From Candidatus Multivoradales bacterium (lineage in GTDB: Bacteria; Acidobacteriota; Thermoanaerobaculia; Multivoradales; J023): a stretch of DNA of 64,000 nucleotides. How positions within the stretch are numbered: the first letter of the stretch is position 1; each line of letters opens with the position of its first letter. The notes under the pieces are model-generated. The model was not told the DNA's origin, ran no database searches, and saw only the letters and a list, made by a program, of their open reading frames with translations. A program made the translations under genes and the position numbers. The stretch spans positions 3,712,001 through 3,776,000 of the forward strand of contig CBDFLE010000006.1 in NCBI GenBank assembly GCA_965248925.1, written 5' to 3'. Below, piece after piece: positions 39,420-48,887 of this stretch.

Positions 39420-39704
39420 AGCTGTCGCGGGCAAGGGCAAGGTGCCACCCGCCTCGGTAGCATCCAGAGAGTTCGCTGTCTCTCAGCTCCGTGAACTTCA
39501 TTCTCTCGTTGATTAGCGCTTTTATCGGGTTCCCATCGACGAAAATCTGTGGTCTTGGCCTAGCGAGTGTCCGTCGAGTAAGTATGCCAATCGCTCGTCA
39601 GTGCCTTCGGGTGCTGTCGGGACACACCTCTCCTGTTGAATCAGAGATTGCGTTCGATGTTTTGCGGTCTCTCTCGACCGCAGAGGCCCTCATAAAGTCG
39701 CAAG

Positions 39705-40673
39705 CTATCCAGCCACCCGAATCGGTCCTGCTCTACTACCTGGCTGCTCGACGCTGCTCGAAACACAAGGCAGTGGGGGCGGAAAACAGCTCGGCGGAAA
39801 CTCTACCGAGTAATCGCCTGCCCGCAAGCGGACGGCCGCCTGCCGGTATGCCTCGACGAAGAGGCGATAAGCATCCTTCAACTGCTTGCGAACCGCTCTC
39901 GATGCAGCATGTACAGCTGGGGCCGGAGATTTCTTGCTGCGAGCAGGCCGCTGGTGCGGGTGCTGCTTCCGAATCACCGCCGCACCCATGGGTACAGTGC
40001 CACCGAGGACCACCCGTCGGGCGCTCTCAGCATCTATCTCCGCGACCATCTCGGTAAGACGCCGTCGAATCTCACTAGACGGCAGGTGCCGCCAGCAGGG
40101 CAGCGGATCCAGCCGCAGGGTATGGCGTTTGGTGAAGGTCTCAGAGTCGACCTCCTGGTCACGACGGGTGGCCTCGTACTCGAGACTGCGATCACGCCAA
40201 ATCCCCTCGAGGGGTTTGCCTTGGGTGAGAGCTTCAATGCACTGCAGCCCTGGCCACTCCCGGCAGCGGAGCACCAGATTCTCTTTCGGGCCGTGGCTGA
40301 TCACATAGCGCAGCCTGGAAACCAACGCCGCCTCTTCGCTGCTGACCTCGATAGCTCGGAAGCGGTGGCCCCAGAATTTCTCCGGCCAGTCGACTATGCG
40401 GTTTGCTTCGCGGGCAAGGTTGCCGTTGACGTACTCCATGAAACCGGACAGATCCTTGACGTTGGCGGCTCCGAGCAGGAAATGGAGGTGGTTGAGGAGG
40501 CCGCCGAAAGCGTAAATCTCCACCGGATGGCGCTGCTGGGCGCGGGCGATGATGCCGATCGCAATGCTGCGGAAGTGCTCGCCAGCAGGTAGTAAGAATC
40601 GGCTTTGGAGGCAGCGCGTGGTGATTTCGAAGATGGCGCCGCCGGGGCGAATGTGTCGGAGATGTCTTGACAT
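39705..40673 (-). CDS. Y1 HUH transposase, RAYT-like (REP-associated tyrosine transposase)
   Basis: FEITTRC, NHLHFLL (HUH), FWGHRF, RLRYV; GGAGGT SD before ATG 40673. Confidence 0.82.
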   Translation of the reverse strand: MSRHLRHIRPGGAIFEITTRCLQSRFLLPAGEHFRSIAIGIIARAQQRHPVEIYAFGGLLNHLHFLLGAANVKDLSGFMEYVNGNLAREANRIVDWPEKFWGHRFRAIEVSSEEAALVSRLRYVISHGPKENLVLRCREWPGLQCIEALTQGKPLEGIWRDRSLEYEATRRDQEVDSETFTKRHTLRLDPLPCWRHLPSSEIRRRLTEMVAEIDAESARRVVLGGTVPMGAAVIRKQHPHQRPARSKKSPAPAVHAASRAVRKQLKDAYRLFVEAYRQAAVRLRAGDYSVEFPPSCFPPPLPCVSSSVEQPGSRAGPIRVAG

Positions 40674-40823
40674 ACCTCCATAGGACGCGGAGAGAGTCTC
40701 CAATCTTGCAGTTTAGGGGAAGAAAGTCTGAACAGTGTGCGATGCGTTGGAGTCGACGTGTACCATGAGTGTCGTAATCCATTGAAAATAGGTGAGTACG
40801 ACTTGGGTGGTCCCCCAGTTGGT

Positions 40824-43214
40824 TCAAGTTCCAGCCGGGGCGCCGACTAGGACGAAGCTGGACCAAAATCGCGGATGAGCGTAGGAGATTTGGCGCTGGC
40901 GCAGGGCGATGCGGGTAGGTGCTCGGCGCTGGAACAGTTCGCGGCGGGCGGCCCGAAGGGCTTCGGCGTGGCTGCTGCCACTGGCGATCTGGCGGTAGAA
41001 CGCACTCATCAAGAAGGGGGTCGAGCGGTCGTCTACGTCCCACAAGGACACCACCACGGCGGCGGCACCAGCGGCCAAGAAGGCCTGGCTTAGGCCTACC
41101 AACCCCTGGCCGCGACGCAGGTCGCCGCGACCGCTGCGGCAGGCCGACAGGGTGACCAGCTCGGCGCGCAGCTCGAGATCGAGCACTTCGGAGGTCTGGA
41201 GCAAGCCGTCGTCACCGCCGCCAGGATGTAACAGCAGCCCGGAACTCAAGGGCAATTGGTCGTTGACCAGGCCGTGGGTGGCCAAGTGGAGGAAGCGATA
41301 GCTACCGCTGAGCTGTTTGAAGCGATTTTCGGCGGCCCGCCTGCCGAGCCATATCTCGCTGCTGGCGAAGGTAGTGGCAACCTGCCGCACTTCGGTCTCG
41401 GCATGGGCCAGTGGCGGTGGTGGTGGAAAACCGCCGCGCAAGACCGCGGCACTCGCCACTGGGTGGCTGAAGGAGGGCGCCATGGCGAGCAAGGTGTGGC
41501 TATTTGGCGCGGTTGGGGAGCGCTGTTGGTGGCGCTGGCGCAAGGCCAGGAATACTCCGGCGGAAGGGCTGTAGATGATCGATTTTTCTAGCCCCGGATA
41601 GCGACACTCGGCATAGGCGGAGTGCAGGATCTCACCGCTGGTTGCTGTGGTCGCCGTGGTCGGCTGACAACTCTCTACGAGGGCTTCGAAGGGTAGGTAG
41701 TGCAGGCGGCCATCTGGCACTACTATCCAGGTTTGGGCTGCGCGGACCGGCGCCGGCAGACCTGCCACCAACCAATTGTAGAGTTCGTGACCGAGGGCAA
41801 GATGCTCGGTTTCGCGGCCGAGCAGGGCATCGTCGGTGGCTCGGCTGGGCGAGTGCAGGGGGTCGAGATAGGCCTCGATGCGTCGTTCGAGTAGCTCTCT
41901 CGGCACGGGTATCTGAGTCAGACGGGTTTGTTGGGCGGTGATGCTCCAGGCCAGAATCCGGTCGTCGGCCAACCAATAGGCAATCAACGCCTCGTCGGGG
42001 TTCAGGCTGGCGCTCACCGAGGCGCTGGTGGGTGGCGTGACGGCGACCAGCTCGGCGGGGTGGCTGCGGGCGGTTTGAGAGCGCCGCCGCTCGAGGTTTC
42101 GTTGCTGGCGATCCAGGTGTTGCCGAGCGGTGGCTCGTTGGGCACCACTTTCGGCAGCCACCAAGGCCAAGTGAGCGCGACCTAGCGCGGCCAATAAGCG
42201 GCGCTCATCGGCGGCTCGAGGCCGCTCTTTGCCGCTCGCGGGCTGCTCTAGGAGTTCGAGGAAGGAGCGGGCGCGGAAGCGCTCGGCGATGGCGAAACCC
42301 TCTTGCCCGCGGCTGAGGTCGGCCAGCAGGCGGATCAGCCGATCGTAGGCGGCGACCTGGGTGGCCAGGAACTGGCTGCGTGCTTGCGGTGTGCCGGCAA
42401 TTCTGGCGCGGGCTTGCTCAAATTCGCCAATCGCTCGCTCGAGGTCGGCCACTGCCGGTTGCGGCTCGCCGAGCTCCCATCTCACCTCAGCACGATTGCA
42501 GAAAGCGAAGCCAACATGGCGCAGCAGCTGGTGCTCTAGGGACAGGTCCAAGACTCGGTCGTAGGCTGCTCGGGCTTCTGGCAGGCGATCCAACTGGTGC
42601 AATGCCCAGGCTTGAGCGGAGAGCGCGCGCAGGATTTGCGCTGGCTGCCCGGCCGTTTCTAGCACCGCCAAGGCGCGCTGGGCAAAGCGGACGCTGCTTT
42701 CTAACTTTCCCGCCTGCACCATCACTAAGCTACGGCCAGCATCGACCCGTGCTTGGCCGAGGCCGTCGTCGAGTTGAGTGTAGAGCGCTTCGGCGGTGTC
42801 GAGGTCAGCTATTTTTCGTTCGAGATTGCCCTCACGCACTGTGGCCAACAACTCCAATGTCCGGGCTTGCCAGCGGTGAGCTTCGAGGTCGGCAAAGGTG
42901 CGCTCGAGACGCTCGGCGATCTCGAAGCTGCTGTCCCGAGCCCCGGAGGCGTTGAGCGCTTTGGCCAGCAAGAGCTCGGCACGGGCCATTCCCAGGCGGT
43001 CGGCCTGGTCGGCGGCAAGTTGCCGGGCTTGCTCGATGGCCTGTTGGGCAAGATCGAATTCGGCGGCATCGAGGAGCTTCTCGCCCTGTTCTAGAACCGC
43101 CTCCAGCTGGGCCTGGTAAGAGCTGCTGACCGGGTCTGCGGCAGTAGGTGGTGAAGTGGGCGCGGTGCAAGCGCTCTGCAGGAGGGCGACTAGTGCGGCG
43201 CGGGTGGCTCGCAT
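40824..43214 (-). CDS. TPR plus CHAT (caspase-like) domain lipoprotein
   Basis: MRATRAALVALLQSAC lipoprotein-like signal, TPR repeats, VPDGRLHYLPFEAL, LHLATHG (His), LVTLSAC (Cys), HPRFWS. Confidence 0.9.
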   Translation of the reverse strand: MRATRAALVALLQSACTAPTSPPTAADPVSSSYQAQLEAVLEQGEKLLDAAEFDLAQQAIEQARQLAADQADRLGMARAELLLAKALNASGARDSSFEIAERLERTFADLEAHRWQARTLELLATVREGNLERKIADLDTAEALYTQLDDGLGQARVDAGRSLVMVQAGKLESSVRFAQRALAVLETAGQPAQILRALSAQAWALHQLDRLPEARAAYDRVLDLSLEHQLLRHVGFAFCNRAEVRWELGEPQPAVADLERAIGEFEQARARIAGTPQARSQFLATQVAAYDRLIRLLADLSRGQEGFAIAERFRARSFLELLEQPASGKERPRAADERRLLAALGRAHLALVAAESGAQRATARQHLDRQQRNLERRRSQTARSHPAELVAVTPPTSASVSASLNPDEALIAYWLADDRILAWSITAQQTRLTQIPVPRELLERRIEAYLDPLHSPSRATDDALLGRETEHLALGHELYNWLVAGLPAPVRAAQTWIVVPDGRLHYLPFEALVESCQPTTATTATSGEILHSAYAECRYPGLEKSIIYSPSAGVFLALRQRHQQRSPTAPNSHTLLAMAPSFSHPVASAAVLRGGFPPPPPLAHAETEVRQVATTFASSEIWLGRRAAENRFKQLSGSYRFLHLATHGLVNDQLPLSSGLLLHPGGGDDGLLQTSEVLDLELRAELVTLSACRSGRGDLRRGQGLVGLSQAFLAAGAAAVVVSLWDVDDRSTPFLMSAFYRQIASGSSHAEALRAARRELFQRRAPTRIALRQRQISYAHPRFWSSFVLVGAPAGT

Positions 43215-44221
43215 CAGCGCCGTAGTTCCCGGTCCAATTCGCGGTCCAGGAGTCGCTGGGGCAAGCGGCGATGGAGCAGGATCTTGCGCGTCAGACGCTT
43301 GCGCTCGCTTCCCTCGGTGGTGCCCTCGATCGCCGCCAATCTTGCCAGCGCTTGTTCGTAGAGTCCGGACTGGGCCAGGTCTACCGCTGCCAGCAGGGCA
43401 TGCTGCTCGGAGTCTGAGCTGAGTCGGGCGACGGCGTTGTCTGATAGCACTACAAAGGGCACCCAAGGCGAAGAAATCCACTCGCCGCCGATCTTGGCGC
43501 TGATCTTCCACAGATAGACCCGGTCGGGTTCGAGGGGTGATAGATCCGCGGGATAGTCGAAGGTCTGCTCGCCGCCGCCGTGGATCGGTGGGCTGAAGAC
43601 CGCCACAGGCAATTCGTCTTGATCTAGCAGCAGCAGCTCGAGTTGGCTGGGCTTTTGCGTGCTGTCGATCCACCAGCGTAGGGTTGGACGGCGGAGGATC
43701 GTTCGCGACCACCGCGGCGCTAGGGGTGTCGGGGTGCGCCAATCGTCGCTGTCGCCGCGTAGCGGGTCTGGAGCCGCTAGAGCATTAAATGGCTCTAGCG
43801 CTGCCTGTCGCGGCCAGTCTTCGGTTAGGGCCGCGGCGAGCTGAAGACTGATGTCTGAAGGTGAGGCGGGCTTGTGCGGTTTGCCGTCGAGCCACAGCAA
43901 GGCACCGGCCGCGGCGATCAAGGTCGCTGCCAGAGCGAGGGCCGGGCGCAGCCAACGCCTGGTCTCAGGGTGGGGTCCGGGAGTGCTTTGACTGCTGCGA
44001 TAAGCGGTGTTGTCCTGGCTGGCCAAGGCTACTGCGAAAGCCAGATTACGGCATTTAGCGCAACTCGCCAGGTGGGCCAATGCGGTGTCGAGAGGGTTGT
44101 TGTCGAGGGCACCATCGACCAGCTCCGCCAAAGTCACATCGTCGATATGGGGCGGCATGGCTTGCTCGCCCAAGTCGGGATACCGGCGCAGCATTTGGGC
44201 CAGTTGGTGGTCGGAGATCAT
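43214..44221 (-). CDS. Anti-sigma-like protein (zf-HC2, TM, extracytoplasmic domain)
   Basis: HLASCAKC, TM ALALAATLIAAAGALLW; coupled to the ECF gene upstream and the CHAT gene downstream. Confidence 0.75.
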   Translation of the reverse strand: MISDHQLAQMLRRYPDLGEQAMPPHIDDVTLAELVDGALDNNPLDTALAHLASCAKCRNLAFAVALASQDNTAYRSSQSTPGPHPETRRWLRPALALAATLIAAAGALLWLDGKPHKPASPSDISLQLAAALTEDWPRQAALEPFNALAAPDPLRGDSDDWRTPTPLAPRWSRTILRRPTLRWWIDSTQKPSQLELLLLDQDELPVAVFSPPIHGGGEQTFDYPADLSPLEPDRVYLWKISAKIGGEWISSPWVPFVVLSDNAVARLSSDSEQHALLAAVDLAQSGLYEQALARLAAIEGTTEGSERKRLTRKILLHRRLPQRLLDRELDRELRR

Positions 44222-44835
44222 GGCTGTTCGCCTTGGCTTGGGGGCGCCTTCTTGGTGCCGGCAGAAGCTGCATCAAACAGCTCGGGATGACGCTGTCGCA
44301 ACTCTTGCCGCAAGCGCTTGAGAGCGTCGTGAACCGCCTTGCGGATCGCCCCCGGGCTGTTGCCCAGCAGGGTGGAGATTTCGCCGGGGCTATGCTCATC
44401 AAAGTAGCGCAGGGCGAGTAGCAGGCGATCGCGGGGGCGCAGCTTGGCCAGGCTCTGTCCGATCGCGCGGTGATGTTCACGGGCGGTCAGACGGTGACTG
44501 CCGAGCGCTTCGGCAACCGGCTCGGGGCAGCTATCGGCGGTGCGATCTGCTTGGCGCTGGGCCTGCTCGCGTTGGTGCAAGCACAGACGGCAGACGATGA
44601 CGCTCAGGTAGGTCGAGAACTTGCCCTGGCCGCGCCAGGCGCGCAGTGCTCGATGGTCGTCTTCCCACAAGCGAGTGATGGTCATTTGCAGAATCTCCTC
44701 CGCGGCTTCGACGTCGAGGCCGAAGCGCCCTCTTGCCAGGCCGAGGATCAGGCCGCGAAAACAGGTTACGAATTCCCTTTCCGCGGCCTGTTCTCGGTCG
44801 ACAACTCGGCGGATCAGTTGGCACTCGCGGTTCAC
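44218..44835 (-). CDS. ECF sigma-70 factor
   Basis: AEEILQ...LWEDD..ALRAWRGQGKFSTYL; LRPRDRLLLALRYF...EIS...LKRLR. Confidence 0.88.
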   Translation of the reverse strand: MNRECQLIRRVVDREQAAEREFVTCFRGLILGLARGRFGLDVEAAEEILQMTITRLWEDDHRALRAWRGQGKFSTYLSVIVCRLCLHQREQAQRQADRTADSCPEPVAEALGSHRLTAREHHRAIGQSLAKLRPRDRLLLALRYFDEHSPGEISTLLGNSPGAIRKAVHDALKRLRQELRQRHPELFDAASAGTKKAPPSQGEQP

Positions 44836-44870
44836 CGCCGGATGCTAGCAGCCGGTACGGGCGGCGGCTC

Positions 44871-46616
44871 CTACGGCAAACTCGAGGACCACTCGGCAGT
44901 ATCGCCGCTCTCAAATCCATCGACGAAGATCGAAGCGCCGAAGGCCGAGGCATAGCCGTTCCAGTCTTGGTCGATCTCCAACTCGATGATCTGGCTGCCG
45001 GTGCCCGGTTCTAAGCTGGCGTTGAGCGCCACGCTGAAGCCGCTGCCATCCCCGCGGCGGCGGATGTCGAGGTTGGAGAACACCACCCGGCGACGCTGGC
45101 CATCCTCGTCGATTCCAGTGCCGCTGATCTGGTAGGTGATGTCGAAGAATGAATCGATCACGCCAGTCTGCGGGTCGACCAGAGCGATCTCGCCTTCGGC
45201 AAAGGGAGCGGTGTCCTCGAAGCCGGTTGGCGCGCCCGGAGTCAGCTCCATGCTGCGCAACTCGGTGAGCAGTGGCTGACCCGGTGTCGCCGGTAGCTCG
45301 ATGTCGAAGAAAACATCGAAGAACGAGTCGGCCGGGAAGCTGCCTTGCTGGGGCAGGAAGAGGATCTGACTGCGCCCCAGACCGTCGTGCAAGGGTGCCG
45401 CGAAAAACCCTGGTGGAATCGGCAGTGGATTGCCTTGGACGAAGAGCTGTGGCTGCTGGATGACAGCGTCGATCGCTACTGGCAGGCCGGCAAAGGGCTC
45501 GGCGGCCAGAGTGAGCACGCCGAGCTGCGGATCGGCGGGCGGAAGGATGAAGGCCGTTTGGCCGCTGTCGGGCCACAGATACAAAGGGGACACCGAGGTG
45601 TCGGCGGCAGCTACAAAAGCGCTGCATGCACGTCCCTGACTGGTGTCGCTGAAGAATCCGTCGAGCACTAATTTGCCCTGGCTACAGCTGCCGTCGGAGC
45701 ACATTCCCCAACTGCGGGCGACGACCTCGACTTCGGTCGACTCCCCCGGTAGTAGGAGGATTTGTTCGATCAGTTGAGGAATTGCCGGATCTAGCGGGTT
45801 GGGCGGCAGTGGTAGGCAACTGCCGTTCAGATCGACGCCCAGGGCGATCGGGAAGTTGTCGCCTTGGAGCGGATTGGAGATCGAGAACACCCCGGTGCCC
45901 GGTGCCGCCGGACCGCTGGCTGCTGGTCGTCGCGAGCTATTTCGGGTCTCGATCACCAGGTCGCCGGTGTAGGTTTCCAGAGGATCGTTGTTGGTGATCC
46001 GGTAGCGGAACGAGCTCTGGTCTCCAGGATGAGCAAAGCCCAGGAGCGGATTTAGTGGCAGCAGGTCGAGACGGGGCAGCAAGGGATTGCCCGGCGCGGG
46101 ATCGGCAATGCAGAGCACCGACTCGCCGACTGCAGTCATCACCATGCCGTCGGCTAAGGTGGCGGTGGCGGTGGCGGTGCCGGCGATGGTGCACAATCGA
46201 GGTGGTCCAGCGGCAAAAGTCAACGACACAGTGGCATTGGTGTAAGCCCCCGGAGTCAGGGTCACGGTGGTGCCGCCGACAGCGCCCGTCGAGGTCGTGC
46301 AAGTGGCGGTCAGGGTGATGGCGGCGCTGAATGGCTCGGGTGGGCAGAGCCCGGCACCGGGAGGAAAATCAAAGATATTGAAATAGGTGGTCAGCGGCAC
46401 GTCGAGAATGCCGCCACCGGTGATCAGTGCCACCGGGGGCGCAGCCATGGCGAGTACCAAGGTCTTGCCGCAGAACGGCTTTGGCGGATCGCCCTTGCAA
46501 GCGAGTGTGGGCTGGGGCACGAGGGCGAGCAGGGTAGTGAGAGCCAGCGTCAGGGGTATTGGCCAGCGGGCTGCGGTCGTGGGTAGTGGAGAGACGGCGA
46601 ACTTGGGCTTGGACAT
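44871..46616 (-). CDS. Secreted hypothetical protein with C-terminal IFxDGFESGD motif
   Basis: Signal peptide, Cys pairs, two DSFFD motifs, ends IFVDGFESGDTAEWSSSLP; GGAGG SD. Confidence 0.82.
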   Translation of the reverse strand: MSKPKFAVSPLPTTAARWPIPLTLALTTLLALVPQPTLACKGDPPKPFCGKTLVLAMAAPPVALITGGGILDVPLTTYFNIFDFPPGAGLCPPEPFSAAITLTATCTTSTGAVGGTTVTLTPGAYTNATVSLTFAAGPPRLCTIAGTATATATLADGMVMTAVGESVLCIADPAPGNPLLPRLDLLPLNPLLGFAHPGDQSSFRYRITNNDPLETYTGDLVIETRNSSRRPAASGPAAPGTGVFSISNPLQGDNFPIALGVDLNGSCLPLPPNPLDPAIPQLIEQILLLPGESTEVEVVARSWGMCSDGSCSQGKLVLDGFFSDTSQGRACSAFVAAADTSVSPLYLWPDSGQTAFILPPADPQLGVLTLAAEPFAGLPVAIDAVIQQPQLFVQGNPLPIPPGFFAAPLHDGLGRSQILFLPQQGSFPADSFFDVFFDIELPATPGQPLLTELRSMELTPGAPTGFEDTAPFAEGEIALVDPQTGVIDSFFDITYQISGTGIDEDGQRRRVVFSNLDIRRRGDGSGFSVALNASLEPGTGSQIIELEIDQDWNGYASAFGASIFVDGFESGDTAEWSSSLP

Positions 46617-46883
46617 TGATTGCTTCCTCCATTATTCGGGACTCAGCGGCGCCGGTGGGTCGGCTGCGAGCCTGGTCTGATGAATGAGATAGGCGAAGTC
46701 AGCGAGCGTTACCAAATCCATGTGCTGAACTTCCACTCGGCTATCGGCGAAGGCCGAGAACCAGCCCCGTGCTAAAATCTTGCTGTAGCAACTGCGCTGC
46801 AACATGACCGTGCTGTAAGAACTGAGAAGCAACAGATAGTCGGCCGCCTACCTACCCCGGCCGGCCGGGAGACTGCCCTAACC

Positions 46884-48188
46884 ATGCCGGCACGCCGCGT
46901 TTTCTATCTCCTGGCATTGGCCACGATGCTGGGCATCGTGGGGGTGGTTGCTCGGGGTTGGGCGGTGGCTGCATTGCTGCTTGACGGTGGTGTCTTGCTG
47001 GCCTTCGGTATGGATCTCTGGCGTGCCCGGCAGGTTGAGCTGAAAGCCCATCGCAGCTGGCCAGTGCTCTTGGTTCAAGGCGCTCCAGCGATGATCGAAG
47101 TCGAACTTGAGGCCGCTTCAGCGGGGGCCCTGCGGGTGCTCTTGCGCGACACCTTGCATCCAGCGATCCACTTCGCCCCTTGCCGCACCGACCTCGAGTT
47201 GGATTCCACTGGGCGGGCACATTGGAGTTACGAGGTCGTTCCACGCCGTCGCGGGGCACATCAGGCGGGGCCGCTGATGGCGCGGCTGCTCGGCCCCTGG
47301 CGCTTGGCCTGGAGCCAGCGACAGTTATTGCCCGAGGAGCCGCGGCGGATCTATCCCCAGGTGCGTTGGGATGGCAAAGTTGGGCATCTGCTGCTACTCG
47401 CCCACCGCCGTTCGCTGGGTCGCCAGCCACAGCGATTGCAGGGCATGGGTTCGGAGCCCTACGCCTTGCGCGAGTATTTGCCGGGCGATTCGTTGGCCAA
47501 GATCCAATGGAAAGCTACCGCGCGGCACGGTCACTTGGTGAGTCGCGAGGACACCTGGGAGCGCGGCGCCCGCTTGATTCTGCTGCTCGACTGTGCCCGT
47601 GGCATGTCGGGGCTCGATGGCGAGCGCTCCAAGCTCGACCACGCCCTGGCCGCTAGCCTGGCGCTGACCCGAGTGGCGTCGTCGCGGGGTGATCAGGTGA
47701 CGTTGATAGCCTTTTCCGATCGAGTCGAGCGCTCAGTCCGTTTGCATGGCGGTCAGCGCGGCGCCCACCAAGCCTACAGCGCTTTTTACGACCTCGAAGC
47801 TCGTCACGCCGAGCCGGCTTTTGACCTGGCCGCTGAAGCGGCGGCGCAGCTCGAGCGACGGCGCTCGACAGTGGTGCTTTTCACCTCGGTGGTCGACTTG
47901 GCCGCCGCCGAGTTGCTGCGCCAAGCCCTGCTACACCTCGAACGCCGCCACCGGCCAATCCTGCTCAATCTCGAAGACCCCGCCCTGGCCGCTTTGGCCA
48001 GCGGCACTCCCGAGACCGTCGAAGACGCCTTCGCCAAGGTCTCGGCGCTGGATATCAAGCTGGCCAATCGCCGTCTTGGGGGACAGCTGCGGCGAGCTGG
48101 GATCCGCGTCGTGACCACTTCTGCCGACCAGCTAGCGCTAGAAGCTCTAGAGTCTTATCTGGCGATGTTCAGAGAGCGCTCGATGTAG
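46884..48188 (+). CDS. DUF58 (vWA-like, MoxR partner) protein
   Basis: LREYLPGDSLAKIQWKATARHG, LLLDCARGM, SKLDHALAA. Confidence 0.9.
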   Translation: MPARRVFYLLALATMLGIVGVVARGWAVAALLLDGGVLLAFGMDLWRARQVELKAHRSWPVLLVQGAPAMIEVELEAASAGALRVLLRDTLHPAIHFAPCRTDLELDSTGRAHWSYEVVPRRRGAHQAGPLMARLLGPWRLAWSQRQLLPEEPRRIYPQVRWDGKVGHLLLLAHRRSLGRQPQRLQGMGSEPYALREYLPGDSLAKIQWKATARHGHLVSREDTWERGARLILLLDCARGMSGLDGERSKLDHALAASLALTRVASSRGDQVTLIAFSDRVERSVRLHGGQRGAHQAYSAFYDLEARHAEPAFDLAAEAAAQLERRRSTVVLFTSVVDLAAAELLRQALLHLERRHRPILLNLEDPALAALASGTPETVEDAFAKVSALDIKLANRRLGGQLRRAGIRVVTTSADQLALEALESYLAMFRERSM

Positions 48189-48257
48189 GTCTTGAAGTAG
48201 ATACAATCGGCGCCGCACCGCAACCAGCCAGCATCGCAACCAACCTAGAGGGCGACG

Positions 48258-48752
48258 ATGAGCGACACTTCCACACCCTTGGTCAGCATCCTGATGGGTA
48301 GCGAGTCCGATTGGGACACCATGCGTCACGGGCGCGACACGCTGAACCAATTCGCTGTGGCCAACGAATGTCGGGTGATCTCGGCCCACCGCTCGCCCAT
48401 CTTGGCGGTGGACTACACCAGCGCCGCCGAGGCACGAGGCATCGAAGTGATGATCGCCGCCGCCGGTGGCGCGGCCCATCTGGCCGGAGTGGTCGCGGCG
48501 CACACCCTGCTGCCGGTGTTTGGGGTGCCGATGAAGGGCTGGTCTCTCGACGGCCTAGATGCCCTGCTGGCCACCGTCCAAATGCCCAAAGGAGTGCCAG
48601 TAGGCACTTTGGCGATCGGCAAAGCGGGAGCGATCAACGCTGCTCTGTTGGCGATTCGGGTCCTGGCGCTGAGCCGTCCTGAACTCAAACAGCGGCTGGT
48701 CGAGTTCCATCAAGAACAAGCGAGCAAAATAGCCGCCACGGTTCTGGAGTAG
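48258..48752 (+). CDS. purE: N5-CAIR mutase
   Basis: ILMGSESDW, ISAHRSP, AGGAAHLAG, GLDALLATVQMPKGVPV. Confidence 0.96.
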   Translation: MSDTSTPLVSILMGSESDWDTMRHGRDTLNQFAVANECRVISAHRSPILAVDYTSAAEARGIEVMIAAAGGAAHLAGVVAAHTLLPVFGVPMKGWSLDGLDALLATVQMPKGVPVGTLAIGKAGAINAALLAIRVLALSRPELKQRLVEFHQEQASKIAATVLE

Positions 48753-48887
48753 ACGCCACATTGCCTCGGTAGGTTGCCCGATCGCCGGCTAGCGAGGTTC
48801 TCGCATCAGCAAGCGTTGCTCGAGGCTGTACTTCAGTCCAGGGGGCCGCCAAGGCGATGGTTTCCGCCAACGAGAGCTTCGATGCGA

